DNA from: a virus
Lineage: Duplodnaviria > Caudoviricetes
Length of the DNA stretch: 64,000 nucleotides
Virus record (IMG/VR): IMGVR_UViG_3300024346_000014
Coordinates: 61,650 to 125,649 of that record
Reading direction: 5' to 3' (one strand)
Within the stretch, counting starts at the first letter, position 1. Each line of letters starts with the position of its first letter. A program made the translations under genes and the position numbers. Shown piece by piece: positions 1 to 7,311 of this stretch. Below the pieces are notes generated by a model. It was not told the origin of the DNA. It saw nothing but the letters and a program-made list of their open reading frames with translations, and did not search any database.

Positions 1-106
1 GTTAAGCCTAAGTAATCCATTACTTCATTGTTATGTTGCTCAACTATTTTAGCATACGTTTCGTCTGCATTACCTTCACTTGCGAATTTAAATATTTCTT
101 GAATCA

Positions 107-292
107 TTACTTAGAGATTTTAGTTACTGACTTATCTAATACCATCATTGTCGCCACCGTCACCGCAGACACTGCGAGAAGAAGAGTTAATCCACTTAAT
201 AGGAAACTTAATACTGCGAAAGAAAGTCTCGCTGCGATCACCATTACTATTACTAGAAATAGAAACTTAAAGAAAAATTTAATTGTTGTCAT
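107..292 (-). CDS. small membrane protein (early region)
   Basis: 61 aa, two hydrophobic stretches; directly downstream of conserved promoter copy at 310-327. Confidence 0.7.
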   Translation of the reverse strand: MTTIKFFFKFLFLVIVMVIAARLSFAVLSFLLSGLTLLLAVSAVTVATMMVLDKSVTKISK

Positions 293-309
293 AATTGTTT
301 TGTTTTAAT

Positions 310-361
310 TGTTATAAGTAAATATAACTATTACTTTACACAAATAAAAACTTTTGTGTAA
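310..361 (-). promoter_or_regulatory. early promoter (TTATATTTA-N2/3-TATAACA) plus TTACACA-N12-TGTGTAA palindrome
   Basis: Promoter 310-327, palindrome 336-361; same unit recurs through 1-6.6 kb. Confidence 0.8.
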
Positions 362-407
362 TTATTTTACCTCTATGTTATGTGGATTCAGGATCCATGT
401 AGACCCT

Positions 408-432
408 AAAAAACCCGGTAGGAAACCGGGTT
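408..432 (-). terminator. intrinsic terminator
   Basis: 8-bp stem AACCCGGT/ACCGGGTT, U-tract on minus strand, after ORF 458-790. Confidence 0.75.
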
Positions 433-457
433 AATCTATCTTTTCTTTTTTTAATTA

Positions 458-790
458 TTATTCCCCTATTACATAATTGTCCCAGGCTGTGTATAAATAT
501 AATTCATCGCGGTACATAGCACATCCGTCAACCATATAACTATCATACCCTATTTCTTCACCTGTTATTTTTCCTATGTAACTATCTAATTGAGCATTAG
601 GTCTTTCTTCTAGTATTTTATTCCACTCTTTTTTCCAACTGCTAGCCTTTTTGTGATTTTCTAGATTAAAGAACTCTAATGTTTCTTCGAGGAAATCAAC
701 CTTGTCTTTACTAAATGTTTTGATTTCAGTGTGACCGTCGTATTCGCGACAAAACAATTCTACCGTGGTTTCTACTACTTCGTCTTTCAT
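458..790 (-). CDS. hypothetical protein (early region)
   Basis: 110 aa ORF between conserved promoter (820-838) and terminator (408-432). Confidence 0.8.
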   Translation of the reverse strand: MKDEVVETTVELFCREYDGHTEIKTFSKDKVDFLEETLEFFNLENHKKASSWKKEWNKILEERPNAQLDSYIGKITGEEIGYDSYMVDGCAMYRDELYLYTAWDNYVIGE

Positions 791-819
791 CCTTTCCTTT
801 TTAATTATTATTATTAATT

Positions 820-872
820 TGTTATACAGTAAATATAACTATAATATTACATATAATAATTGTTTTGTGTAA
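820..872 (-). promoter_or_regulatory. early promoter plus palindrome
   Basis: TGTTATACAGTAAATATAA 820-838; TTACATA-N12-TGTGTAA 847-872. Confidence 0.8.
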
Positions 873-980
873 TAAAGTTAACCTTCTTAAATAGGGATCG
901 GGCTACTAACGCAGAGGTAGTGTAGTAAAGATACCTTCGTATCTAGAGCACGTAGTAAAGTCACAGAGGTATTGCACCTG

Positions 981-1121
981 CTAATTGGGAAAAATCTTTG
1001 GGTTAATATCAAAACCGTGTTTTTCTTGGATTTCTTCTAACATTTTAATTGCTTCCTCTATGTTACCATCTTTTATGGAAAGTATAGCAATCTCTATGTC
1101 TTCTATTAAATCTATATTCAT
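981..1121 (-). CDS. small hypothetical protein
   Basis: MNIDLIEDIEIAILSIKDGNIEEAIKMLEEIQE...; ATG at 1121 preferred over the track's 1250 start, which overlaps the peptidase. Confidence 0.55.
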   Translation of the reverse strand: MNIDLIEDIEIAILSIKDGNIEEAIKMLEEIQEKHGFDINPKIFPN

Positions 1122-1215
1122 AGCTTTGTTTTTATTATATATCCCTACAACCCCCGAAAAGCCTACGGTTAAGTAGACTAAACAGGTAACATAAAAACAA
1201 GTCTTAAATACTTTA

Positions 1216-1989
1216 CTACGGAGTGGCTGTTTGTTTCTCTGGAAACGCAACCTTTAATTTAATATCATTTACTAATTCTTTTGCAAGTTCTAAAGTATTA
1301 TTAACCTCATCAATAACTACATACTCATCTTTGGTATGATAACTATGATACCCTGCTGCAAGATTCAAGCAAGGAAATCCAAACTTAATCATTAATTGAT
1401 ACACATCTGTATAAGGGTGACGTTGCCATTTAGTAATTCCTCTTTCTTTTAAGATAGGTTCTACTGTTCTTCCAAACGGGCTATCAATTTCAAAGAGAGC
1501 CTTGTTCATTAGAGTCATACTCATAGTGTCACCTTCTGGACTATCAAATTGTATTGCGTAATCTACATTACTGAAAAATTCAGGATCTGCTTCTTTACTT
1601 CCAATCATTCCAAACTCTTCGCCTACAAAGAATGCTACCTTCACGTTATCTAGCTGGTCTAGCATTTCAAGACAAAGATAAACTCCACATTTATCATCGC
1701 CTCCAATTCCAAGTTTAGAATGATCAACGCAATCTCTACCTTGAAGATGTCCTGCTGGGTTTATGTAAACTTCTAATCTTTCGTTTACTTTATGTACAGT
1801 GTCAGTATGACTAATAAAGCAGGGATACTGTTCAGCATCACCCTTAGTGACATAGATGCTCCCTAATTTATCTACTGTATAATTTAGCTTGGCTTCTTTT
1901 AAATACTCCTCTAGGAAGTTTATCATTTTGTCTTCTTCACCAAAATATGTGGGAATAGATAATACTTTTGTTAGTAATTCTTGATTCAT
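1216..1989 (-). CDS. Zn-dependent peptidase, M20/M28/M42 clan
   Basis: Metal-binding motifs SHTDTVH, GIGGDDKCG, GEEFGMIGS, QFD, GYHSYHT. Confidence 0.85.
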   Translation of the reverse strand: MNQELLTKVLSIPTYFGEEDKMINFLEEYLKEAKLNYTVDKLGSIYVTKGDAEQYPCFISHTDTVHKVNERLEVYINPAGHLQGRDCVDHSKLGIGGDDKCGVYLCLEMLDQLDNVKVAFFVGEEFGMIGSKEADPEFFSNVDYAIQFDSPEGDTMSMTLMNKALFEIDSPFGRTVEPILKERGITKWQRHPYTDVYQLMIKFGFPCLNLAAGYHSYHTKDEYVVIDEVNNTLELAKELVNDIKLKVAFPEKQTATP

Positions 1990-2004
1990 TGTTTTTGTTT
2001 TTAA

Positions 2005-2023
2005 TGTTATACTATAAATATAA
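2005..2023 (-). promoter_or_regulatory. early promoter (no TTACACA palindrome)
   Basis: TGTTATACTATAAATATAA upstream of the peptidase. Confidence 0.75.
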
Positions 2024-2055
2024 TACTAAAACCTGCTCTAAAAAAATAAAACAGG

Positions 2056-2547
2056 TTAAAGTTGACCTCTAAGATAAGATAATATTACCTCTTTTTCCTG
2101 GTTCCAAACCTTAGCGAAATCTGGATTTAAACCAATAGAATCCTGATTATCTTTTATATCAGCAAACTTAATCTGCTTTGCCTCTTTGCTGATACCGCCT
2201 AGTCTTCTGGCTTCAAGTAATTTTCTTGCTTTACGATTTAACAAAGGAAAATCCTGTTTTACAAAAACATCTGTTAATTCTATAACCATCTTTAAGATAT
2301 ACTCTGCATCTTGACTAGTCCATATTTTATGTAAAGCAACTCTTAATTGCTCAATTGTTACCTCCGTATCTTCAATGACATCATGTAACAATGCAGCTGC
2401 AATTTGACATTCACTCCCACCTTCTTCTTCAATACGTTTAGCTACTCTAATAGGATGAGTAATATATAAGTCATTTGAATACTTACGGGTCTGTTCTCCA
2501 TGAGCAGCCGTTGCTAATTCTAAAGTTTTTTGTAATGGTTGAGTCAT
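2056..2547 (-). CDS. HD-domain RelA/SpoT-type small alarmone hydrolase-like (Mesh1/SAH) protein
   Basis: AHGEQTRK, YITHP, AALLHDVIEDT, KFADIKDN match the RSH hydrolase domain; no synthetase domain. Confidence 0.85.
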   Translation of the reverse strand: MTQPLQKTLELATAAHGEQTRKYSNDLYITHPIRVAKRIEEEGGSECQIAAALLHDVIEDTEVTIEQLRVALHKIWTSQDAEYILKMVIELTDVFVKQDFPLLNRKARKLLEARRLGGISKEAKQIKFADIKDNQDSIGLNPDFAKVWNQEKEVILSYLRGQL

Positions 2548-2557
2548 TATTTCTTTT

Positions 2558-2609
2558 TGTTATATAGTAAATATAATAATAAATTACACAATATAAAAAT
2601 CTTGTGTAA
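2558..2609 (-). promoter_or_regulatory. early promoter plus palindrome
   Basis: Promoter 2558-2576; perfect TTACACA-N12-TGTGTAA 2584-2609. Confidence 0.8.
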
Positions 2610-2610
2610 T

Positions 2611-2641
2611 AAAAAAAGGAGAAAGTTACCCTCCTCCTTTT
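2611..2641 (-). terminator. intrinsic terminator
   Basis: AAAGGAG/CTCCTTT stem with U-tract on minus strand. Confidence 0.6.
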
Positions 2642-2662
2642 AGATCTAATACGGTAGTCTGT

Positions 2663-2830
2663 TTATCTTGGCGTGCCGTTCCAGTCTAAATCCACTGTTG
2701 CTATTAATAAGTATAAGGTAAGTGTCCAATAAGGGTCTTCTTCCGAAGGTTTAATTGTTTGGAACCCTAAACAGAATCTATCGTGTGGCCAATGAAAACT
2801 AATCATTAACCTCCAACCATTTTCTAACAT
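2663..2830 (-). CDS. small hypothetical protein (not in ORF track)
   Basis: 55 aa MLENGWRLMISFHWPHDRFCLGFQTIKPSEEDPYWTLTLYLLIATVDLDWNGTPR, followed by terminator. Confidence 0.65.
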   Translation of the reverse strand: MLENGWRLMISFHWPHDRFCLGFQTIKPSEEDPYWTLTLYLLIATVDLDWNGTPR

Positions 2831-2942
2831 ATGTTTATTGGTAATTTTATATCTTATACTGAAATGTTTCCTGCTGGTTCTATTAAATAAACCCCCAACA
2901 ACCAGACCTGAGTCTGGTTGCTACTACGGAGTAAACCTTTTA

Positions 2943-3122
2943 TTACTTTAAGAATTCATATATCTTTTCATCCATCTCTTCGTCATGTTTCATCCAATTC
3001 CAAAAGTAATCTACTTTATCTTTTTCATACCTCTGTCTTGCTTCTTCTAAATCTCTAGTTTCTTTTAGGAAACTTAATATGTGATAATGAAATGCCCAGT
3101 ACTGTGTTGTTAATTCGCTCAT
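2943..3122 (-). CDS. small hypothetical protein (not in ORF track)
   Basis: 59 aa MSELTTQYWAFHYHILSFLKETRDLEEARQRYEKDKVDYFWNWMKHDEEMDEKIYEFLK; hairpin at 2899-2920 downstream. Confidence 0.7.
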   Translation of the reverse strand: MSELTTQYWAFHYHILSFLKETRDLEEARQRYEKDKVDYFWNWMKHDEEMDEKIYEFLK

Positions 3123-3139
3123 AATTATTTTATTTTATT

Positions 3140-3343
3140 TTAATTGTTATTACCTTTTGGAAAACCTATACCTTTAAAATTAAAGTTTCCTTTTAAACAT
3201 TCTTCTAGCTCTACCTCTTTCGCATGCTTTAGCTCCTTCATCTGTGATTCTTTATAATCACAATCTTTACATATCATTTCAGTATCAAACCAAGACATTG
3301 TAAATACACGTGTTTCTTTATTACATCTTTCGCAATTAGTCAT
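3140..3343 (-). CDS. small Zn-finger protein
   Basis: CERC...MSWFDTEMICKDC (two CxxC). Confidence 0.75.
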   Translation of the reverse strand: MTNCERCNKETRVFTMSWFDTEMICKDCDYKESQMKELKHAKEVELEECLKGNFNFKGIGFPKGNNN

Positions 3344-3357
3344 AATTATTTTGTTTT

Positions 3358-3410
3358 TGTTATACTATAAATATAATAATAATTCTTCACAAATAAAAAC
3401 TTCTGTGTAA
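3358..3410 (-). promoter_or_regulatory. early promoter plus palindrome
   Basis: Promoter 3358-3376; CTTCACA-N12-TGTGTAA 3385-3410. Confidence 0.75.
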
Positions 3411-3427
3411 CTAATATACCCTTGTCA

Positions 3428-3796
3428 TTATTTAATCCAAGCTGCTGTGATAATACCAGTTACTGATTTTTCCTGAACCTCTTTTATTTTATAGAAATCT
3501 TTTTCTAAATAATAATTACTCTGCTTTGCGGCAACGCCGTCTGCAGTTGAAAGGGTAATGTGAGGATACTTGTTTTTACTCCATGGATTATTAACCAGGA
3601 GAACATCTACTTTATCATTAGTTAATCTTCCAAGTATAGTTAAGTTTACCTCTTTCCCCAGTGGAACTGTTAATTCCTCTGGTTTCCATTCAATAGTTGA
3701 GTGGTGAGTAAATACATTTACATGGATAGGAGGAAAAAGTTTTAGTAACCTTTCCTTATCTATCTTAACCATTGTGTATAGTATATCCTTTTTCAT
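3428..3796 (-). CDS. 2H phosphoesterase (cyclic phosphodiesterase-like)
   Basis: Two HxT/S motifs: HHSTI and YPHITLS, with 2H-fold spacing. Confidence 0.75.
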   Translation of the reverse strand: MKKDILYTMVKIDKERLLKLFPPIHVNVFTHHSTIEWKPEELTVPLGKEVNLTILGRLTNDKVDVLLVNNPWSKNKYPHITLSTADGVAAKQSNYYLEKDFYKIKEVQEKSVTGIITAAWIK

Positions 3797-3805
3797 TTTT
3801 TTAAT

Positions 3806-3967
3806 TTAAGCCTGTGGTCCAATTAAATCCCACGCAGTTTCGCCAGTTCCATTTCCGTTTCGAGTTACCTCGTAGTTCGGGTCCATTCCTGATTCAAGAA
3901 TATTATTTAATAATTCATCGAGCGAGTCGAATTCTTTTTCGTAATAATTACATTTTAAACTATACAT
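3806..3967 (-). CDS. small hypothetical protein (not in ORF track)
   Basis: 53 aa MYSLKCNYYEKEFDSLDELLNNILESGMDPNYEVTRNGNGTGETAWDLIGPQA directly after promoter 3982-4000. Confidence 0.75.
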   Translation of the reverse strand: MYSLKCNYYEKEFDSLDELLNNILESGMDPNYEVTRNGNGTGETAWDLIGPQA

Positions 3968-3981
3968 ATATTTTTGTTTTT

Positions 3982-4033
3982 TGTTATACTATAAATATAA
4001 TACTTTATTACATAAAATAAAAACTCTGTGTAA
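3982..4033 (-). promoter_or_regulatory. early promoter plus palindrome
   Basis: Promoter 3982-4000; TTACATA-N12-TGTGTAA 4008-4033. Confidence 0.8.
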
Positions 4034-4271
4034 AAAGTTTCGATTTAAATAACCTTTAACAATTCTTTAGATCCACGGTGTACGGAAAAACTTATAATGA
4101 GACCTGAATTTTCATACAAACCATGGAGGTATTTTTAGTATATTGATAATCAATAAGTTGTGTTATATAATATAATCCAATTTCTGGCACGTGTCCATTT
4201 GTTAAATCCATACATCACAGAGGTAACAACGGTATTACTATTACTTAATCCATTTCTACTTATTAAACCCT

Positions 4272-4303
4272 AAAAAACCCGTTACATCTTAATTGTAACG
4301 GGT
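4272..4303 (-). terminator. intrinsic terminator
   Basis: 10-bp stem ACCCGTTACA/TGTAACGGGT, U6 on minus strand. Confidence 0.8.
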
Positions 4304-4321
4304 ACTCATCTTCTTTGTTTT

Positions 4322-4528
4322 TTAAATTAAATTATAAAATACTATACCCCATAATAAGATGCTAAACGTCATAACTAAATTAGTTCTTAATATACGTGCT
4401 TTTGTAAATTCTATTCTACAATTGTGAGGTGCAATCTTATACACCATCCATGACATTAAATGTCCTAAAAAATAAACACTTGTAGCAAGTGCCAACATAA
4501 AAATTGTTGTTAATAATCCTTCATTCAT
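4322..4528 (-). CDS. small 2-TM membrane protein
   Basis: 68 aa, two hydrophobic segments. Confidence 0.7.
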   Translation of the reverse strand: MNEGLLTTIFMLALATSVYFLGHLMSWMVYKIAPHNCRIEFTKARILRTNLVMTFSILLWGIVFYNLI

Positions 4529-4540
4529 TATCTTTGTTTT

Positions 4541-4750
4541 TTAAATAAATAATATTATCATTTTCAATAGTGCTGAAATAGCCCATAGTATTAATGTAAT
4601 AAACTTTAGTATACCGAGACCTATAAAAAGCCAAGCCCATATACCATGGAGATTTACTTTATTTCTACTTATATGAATTTCGTGCTTTTTCATTTCTAAA
4701 CTTTTTTCGATGGTAGACCATTTCGTGCTCGGTCTAAAAAGTGTAACCAT
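4541..4750 (-). CDS. small membrane protein
   Basis: Hydrophobic C-half; true start may be the internal MKKHEIH near 4693. Confidence 0.55.
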   Translation of the reverse strand: MVTLFRPSTKWSTIEKSLEMKKHEIHISRNKVNLHGIWAWLFIGLGILKFITLILWAISALLKMIILFI

Positions 4751-4890
4751 ACTGCCCCATTAATTCCTATCCAAATGTTGTTTTCAAGGCTGTAAGGTTC
4801 GATCCATTTTGCGTATATAATTACTGGAAGACTGAATAAAGCGATTATTTGTACTAGTATAGATAATTTGTATTTTAAAATGTTTTTCAT
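4696..4890 (-). CDS. small 2-TM membrane protein
   Basis: 64 aa, two hydrophobic segments, ATGA-coupled to upstream ORF. Confidence 0.65.
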   Translation of the reverse strand: MKNILKYKLSILVQIIALFSLPVIIYAKWIEPYSLENNIWIGINGAVWLHFLDRARNGLPSKKV

Positions 4891-5057
4891 TTTTATTTTG
4901 TTTTTAGTTCTTTAATCTTTTTTCTTACTTGGTATTCTTTTTCAAGTAAACTATCAGACATAGTACCATCCAACCAAGGATTGTTTTGTAACTCTATGAT
5001 AGACTCTAATACTTTTTCAAAATCTTCTAATGTTTTTGGTGGTTCTATTATACTCAT
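4887..5057 (-). CDS. small hypothetical protein (not in ORF track)
   Basis: 56 aa MSIIEPPKTLEDFEKVLESIIELQNNPWLDG..., after promoter 5071-5089. Confidence 0.7.
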
Positions 5058-5070
5058 CTTAGTTTTAATT

Positions 5071-5123
5071 TGTTATAGTATAAATATAATCATAACTATA
5101 CACAATAGGAAATATTTATGTAG
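5071..5123 (-). promoter_or_regulatory. early promoter plus degenerate palindrome
   Basis: Promoter 5071-5089; ATACACA-N12-TATGTAG 5098-5123. Confidence 0.7.
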
Positions 5124-5142
5124 CGAGTATACCTTTATCCGG

Positions 5143-5271
5143 TTACCCGTTCCGGTGCTTGGTTTTTCTGGTATATTTTTTACGGTTACGTTGCACTTGC
5201 TGGCGTGTAGCCTGCCACCATTCTTGTAAGGTAAGTGTTACCCGTTCCAGTTTTTTAGATTCTTTTTTCAT
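5143..5271 (-). CDS. small basic ArfA-like peptide (not in ORF track)
   Basis: 42 aa MKKESKKLERVTLTLQEWWQATRQQVQRNRKKYTRKTKHRNG; C-half resembles E. coli ArfA [9 protein letters not shown]...YMRKGKHGN. Confidence 0.5.
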   Translation of the reverse strand: MKKESKKLERVTLTLQEWWQATRQQVQRNRKKYTRKTKHRNG

Positions 5272-5287
5272 CTCTAGTTATTTATTA

Positions 5288-5346
5288 AAACAAAAGGCCA
5301 ACTGTTTAAGTGGCCTCTCGTTAACTTAATTAATTCTTGGTTATTA
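5288..5346. repeat. 59-bp direct repeat copy 1 (contains terminator hairpin)
   Basis: 1 mismatch to 5611-5669; AGGCCA/TGGCCT stem with minus-strand U-tract. Confidence 0.9.
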
Positions 5347-5365
5347 TCCAAACCGTTATCTACAA

Positions 5366-5566
5366 TTAAACGCTTCTTAGTTGTTCTATCTCGCTTTCAA
5401 GATATTCTGTAGCTTGGTAGTTTATTTCTTCATCGTGTAGTTGTAAATTCATTCCGTTTTCAAGTTCTATAAATAAACCTTGTTCGCTTTGAAATACTCT
5501 TTTTATTTCTCCCATTTCAGATCTAAGAAATTCCATTCTTTTTTCTGCGTATTTTAAATTTTTCAT
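5366..5566 (-). CDS. hypothetical protein flanked by 59-bp direct repeats
   Basis: 66 aa ORF with AAGGAAG upstream. Confidence 0.75.
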   Translation of the reverse strand: MKNLKYAEKRMEFLRSEMGEIKRVFQSEQGLFIELENGMNLQLHDEEINYQATEYLESEIEQLRSV

Positions 5567-5610
5567 AATCTTCCTTTTTTTTGATTAAATTGTTTTCTTC
5601 CCTCGTTAAT

Positions 5611-5669
5611 AAACAAAAGGCCAACTGTTTAGGTGGCCTCTCGTTAACTTAATTAATTCTTGGTTATTA
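5611..5669. repeat. 59-bp direct repeat copy 2
   Basis: See 5288-5346. Confidence 0.9.
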
Positions 5670-5801
5670 ACTAACTATAGTTTCTATAAGTTTAAATACC
5701 ATAAATCCTATAGCATAACTCAATACTACACCTTGTAATACTAATACTGATTTTCCAATTGCAGCGATTCTGCTGTTTCTTTTTCTTGCTCTTGCGTTCA
5801 T
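5667..5801 (-). CDS. small single-TM protein (not in ORF track)
   Basis: 44 aa MNARARKRNSRIAAIGKSVLVLQGVVLSYAIGFMVFKLIETIVS after promoter 5819-5836. Confidence 0.7.
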   Translation of the reverse strand: MNARARKRNSRIAAIGKSVLVLQGVVLSYAIGFMVFKLIETIVS

Positions 5802-5818
5802 AATTATTTTGTTTTAAT

Positions 5819-5869
5819 TGTTATAAGTAAATATAACTATTTATTACATAAAATAAAAATTCTGTGTAA
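5819..5869 (-). promoter_or_regulatory. early promoter plus palindrome
   Basis: Promoter 5819-5836; TTACATA-N12-TGTGTAA 5844-5869. Confidence 0.8.
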
Positions 5870-6024
5870 TTATTCTTGATAAAGTTTACCCTTCTGTTCT
5901 GGATACCAACACAGTCTAGACCGGGCCTGTTGTACTTATTTAACAGCTAACCTTTTTAAAGCGGGTCAGTGCTACATGGGAGAGGGTATTTTTTCACTCG
6001 TCTAGACACAGAGCCCCTTCCCCC

Positions 6025-6050
6025 AAAAAGCCGGCATAGAAGCCGGCTTT
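6025..6050 (-). terminator. intrinsic terminator
   Basis: AAAGCCGGC/GCCGGCTTT stem with U-tract. Confidence 0.8.
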
Positions 6051-6066
6051 CTGTCCGTCTCTCCTG

Positions 6067-6570
6067 TTAAAGGTTATTGGCCATAATAGCAGCAAGCGTG
6101 AACGTCCATATTAAACCCAATACAAGTACAATCCCGGTCATTACACTACTCCAACCCTGTAGATGAGGTTTAACTATCTGCTGCTTAATCACATGACCAG
6201 TATTGTAATTTAAATAATTCTGCTGGCTACAGTGGATCCATAAACAGGAATCTTGTTTTACCCATTGATTATCCTGTTCCACATAACCGGTTTCAACCTG
6301 AATAAAACAAGAGTTATATACCTTGCCTTTGCTTCCCTCCTCCTGTAGCATCTTCTTTGCAACAACTTGCTGTTCCACTTCTACATACCAGAAAGCTGGC
6401 TTAACATGAAAACACCAAGCCCCAATTACAAGTACAGTTACTATAAGTAATAATTTTCCTAAACCCTTAGGTTTATCATCCTGTTCCTGAGGTCCGGATC
6501 CTCCGCCCTTCATCATATTAGTATTGTTTCTCATTAAAATTGCTGCTGCACCCATTGTTCCTATATTCAT
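6067..6570 (-). CDS. membrane protein, 2 TM flanking a periplasmic beta domain
   Basis: 167 aa; TM near aa 38-55 and at the C-terminus. Confidence 0.75.
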   Translation of the reverse strand: MNIGTMGAAAILMRNNTNMMKGGGSGPQEQDDKPKGLGKLLLIVTVLVIGAWCFHVKPAFWYVEVEQQVVAKKMLQEEGSKGKVYNSCFIQVETGYVEQDNQWVKQDSCLWIHCSQQNYLNYNTGHVIKQQIVKPHLQGWSSVMTGIVLVLGLIWTFTLAAIMANNL

Positions 6571-6583
6571 TATTTTTGTTTTT

Positions 6584-6602
6584 TGTTATACTATAAATAT
6601 AA
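6584..6602 (-). promoter_or_regulatory. early promoter (no palindrome)
   Basis: TGTTATACTATAAATATAA. Confidence 0.75.
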
Positions 6603-6914
6603 GCATTTTATCTGGGTCTATAAAATAAAGTTAACCTTCCTTAATCGCGCTCAACCCCAGTCAGCCATGCAGCAGTATGCTCTATCTGACTCTGGAACCT
6701 GGCGGTAAAACGGGTTTATACTACCGTTGCTAAATGGTACAAAAAGGTTACACGTGCCGGATATGGATTAAATCATATTATGTAACTGGTTGACATGCAA
6801 TACAGTAGCTTTACCTCCCTAGGATCTTTAGCCATTTGCAGGAAAAAACCCACTTTCTGCTACTTTTTCCAATAGCCCCTCGGCTAACCCTGGTGATTAT
6901 TGCCAGTAGACTAG

Positions 6915-7006
6915 ATACAAAGGTACTGATATAACCGGCTAAACGCACAACCAGCTGAGACATAGGTACTCTATAGAATACAAAGGTACTGATATAACCG
7001 GCTAAA
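6915..7006. repeat. 29-bp perfect direct repeat (2 copies, 63-nt period)
   Basis: ATACAAAGGTACTGATATAACCGGCTAAA at 6915-6943 and 6978-7006. Confidence 0.9.
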
Positions 7007-7085
7007 ACAGGCTGTTTCACGTCTAGCCAGTATAAACTACACAGAGGTATTATAGCTATATAGCGGAATAACAGCTAAATAACTG

Positions 7086-7250
7086 CCCCTCGAGGGGGCC
7101 TCTCGTGGTAGCATGACCAGCCTGTCCTGGGGCGTCTCGGGGGCCTCTCGAGGGGGCCCTGGGCGTCTAGTAGTATATAGCCCTGGATAGGTATATATAG
7201 ACTATATAGGAAAAATGGAGTAAAATAAATTAAGACTATCCCCCTCGAGC
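7086..7250. other. GC-rich palindrome cluster (candidate genome end/pac/ori)
   Basis: CCCCTCGAGGGG 7086-7097, GGGCCTCTCGAGGGGGCCC 7141-7159, CCCCTCGAG 7241-7249 in an otherwise very AT-rich genome. Confidence 0.4.
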
Positions 7251-7311
7251 CAGGAATTCACCTGGCCCAAAAAAATGTAAATCTCCTCAGGGAAAAAACA
7301 CGGGAAAATTT

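Noticed and set aside
4794-4810. GGTTCGATCC resembling a tRNA T-loop
   Set aside because: Inside a coding region with no cloverleaf; no tRNA or rRNA recognised in the window
300-6602. Possible CRISPR array or integron attC array
   Set aside because: Repeats are degenerate, irregularly spaced and positioned as promoters before ATGs; no cas or integrase gene in the window
6811-7020. 69-aa minus-strand ORF with repeated LAGYISTFV
   Set aside because: Artefact of the 29-bp DNA repeat; GTG start and no promoter or leader like neighbouring genes
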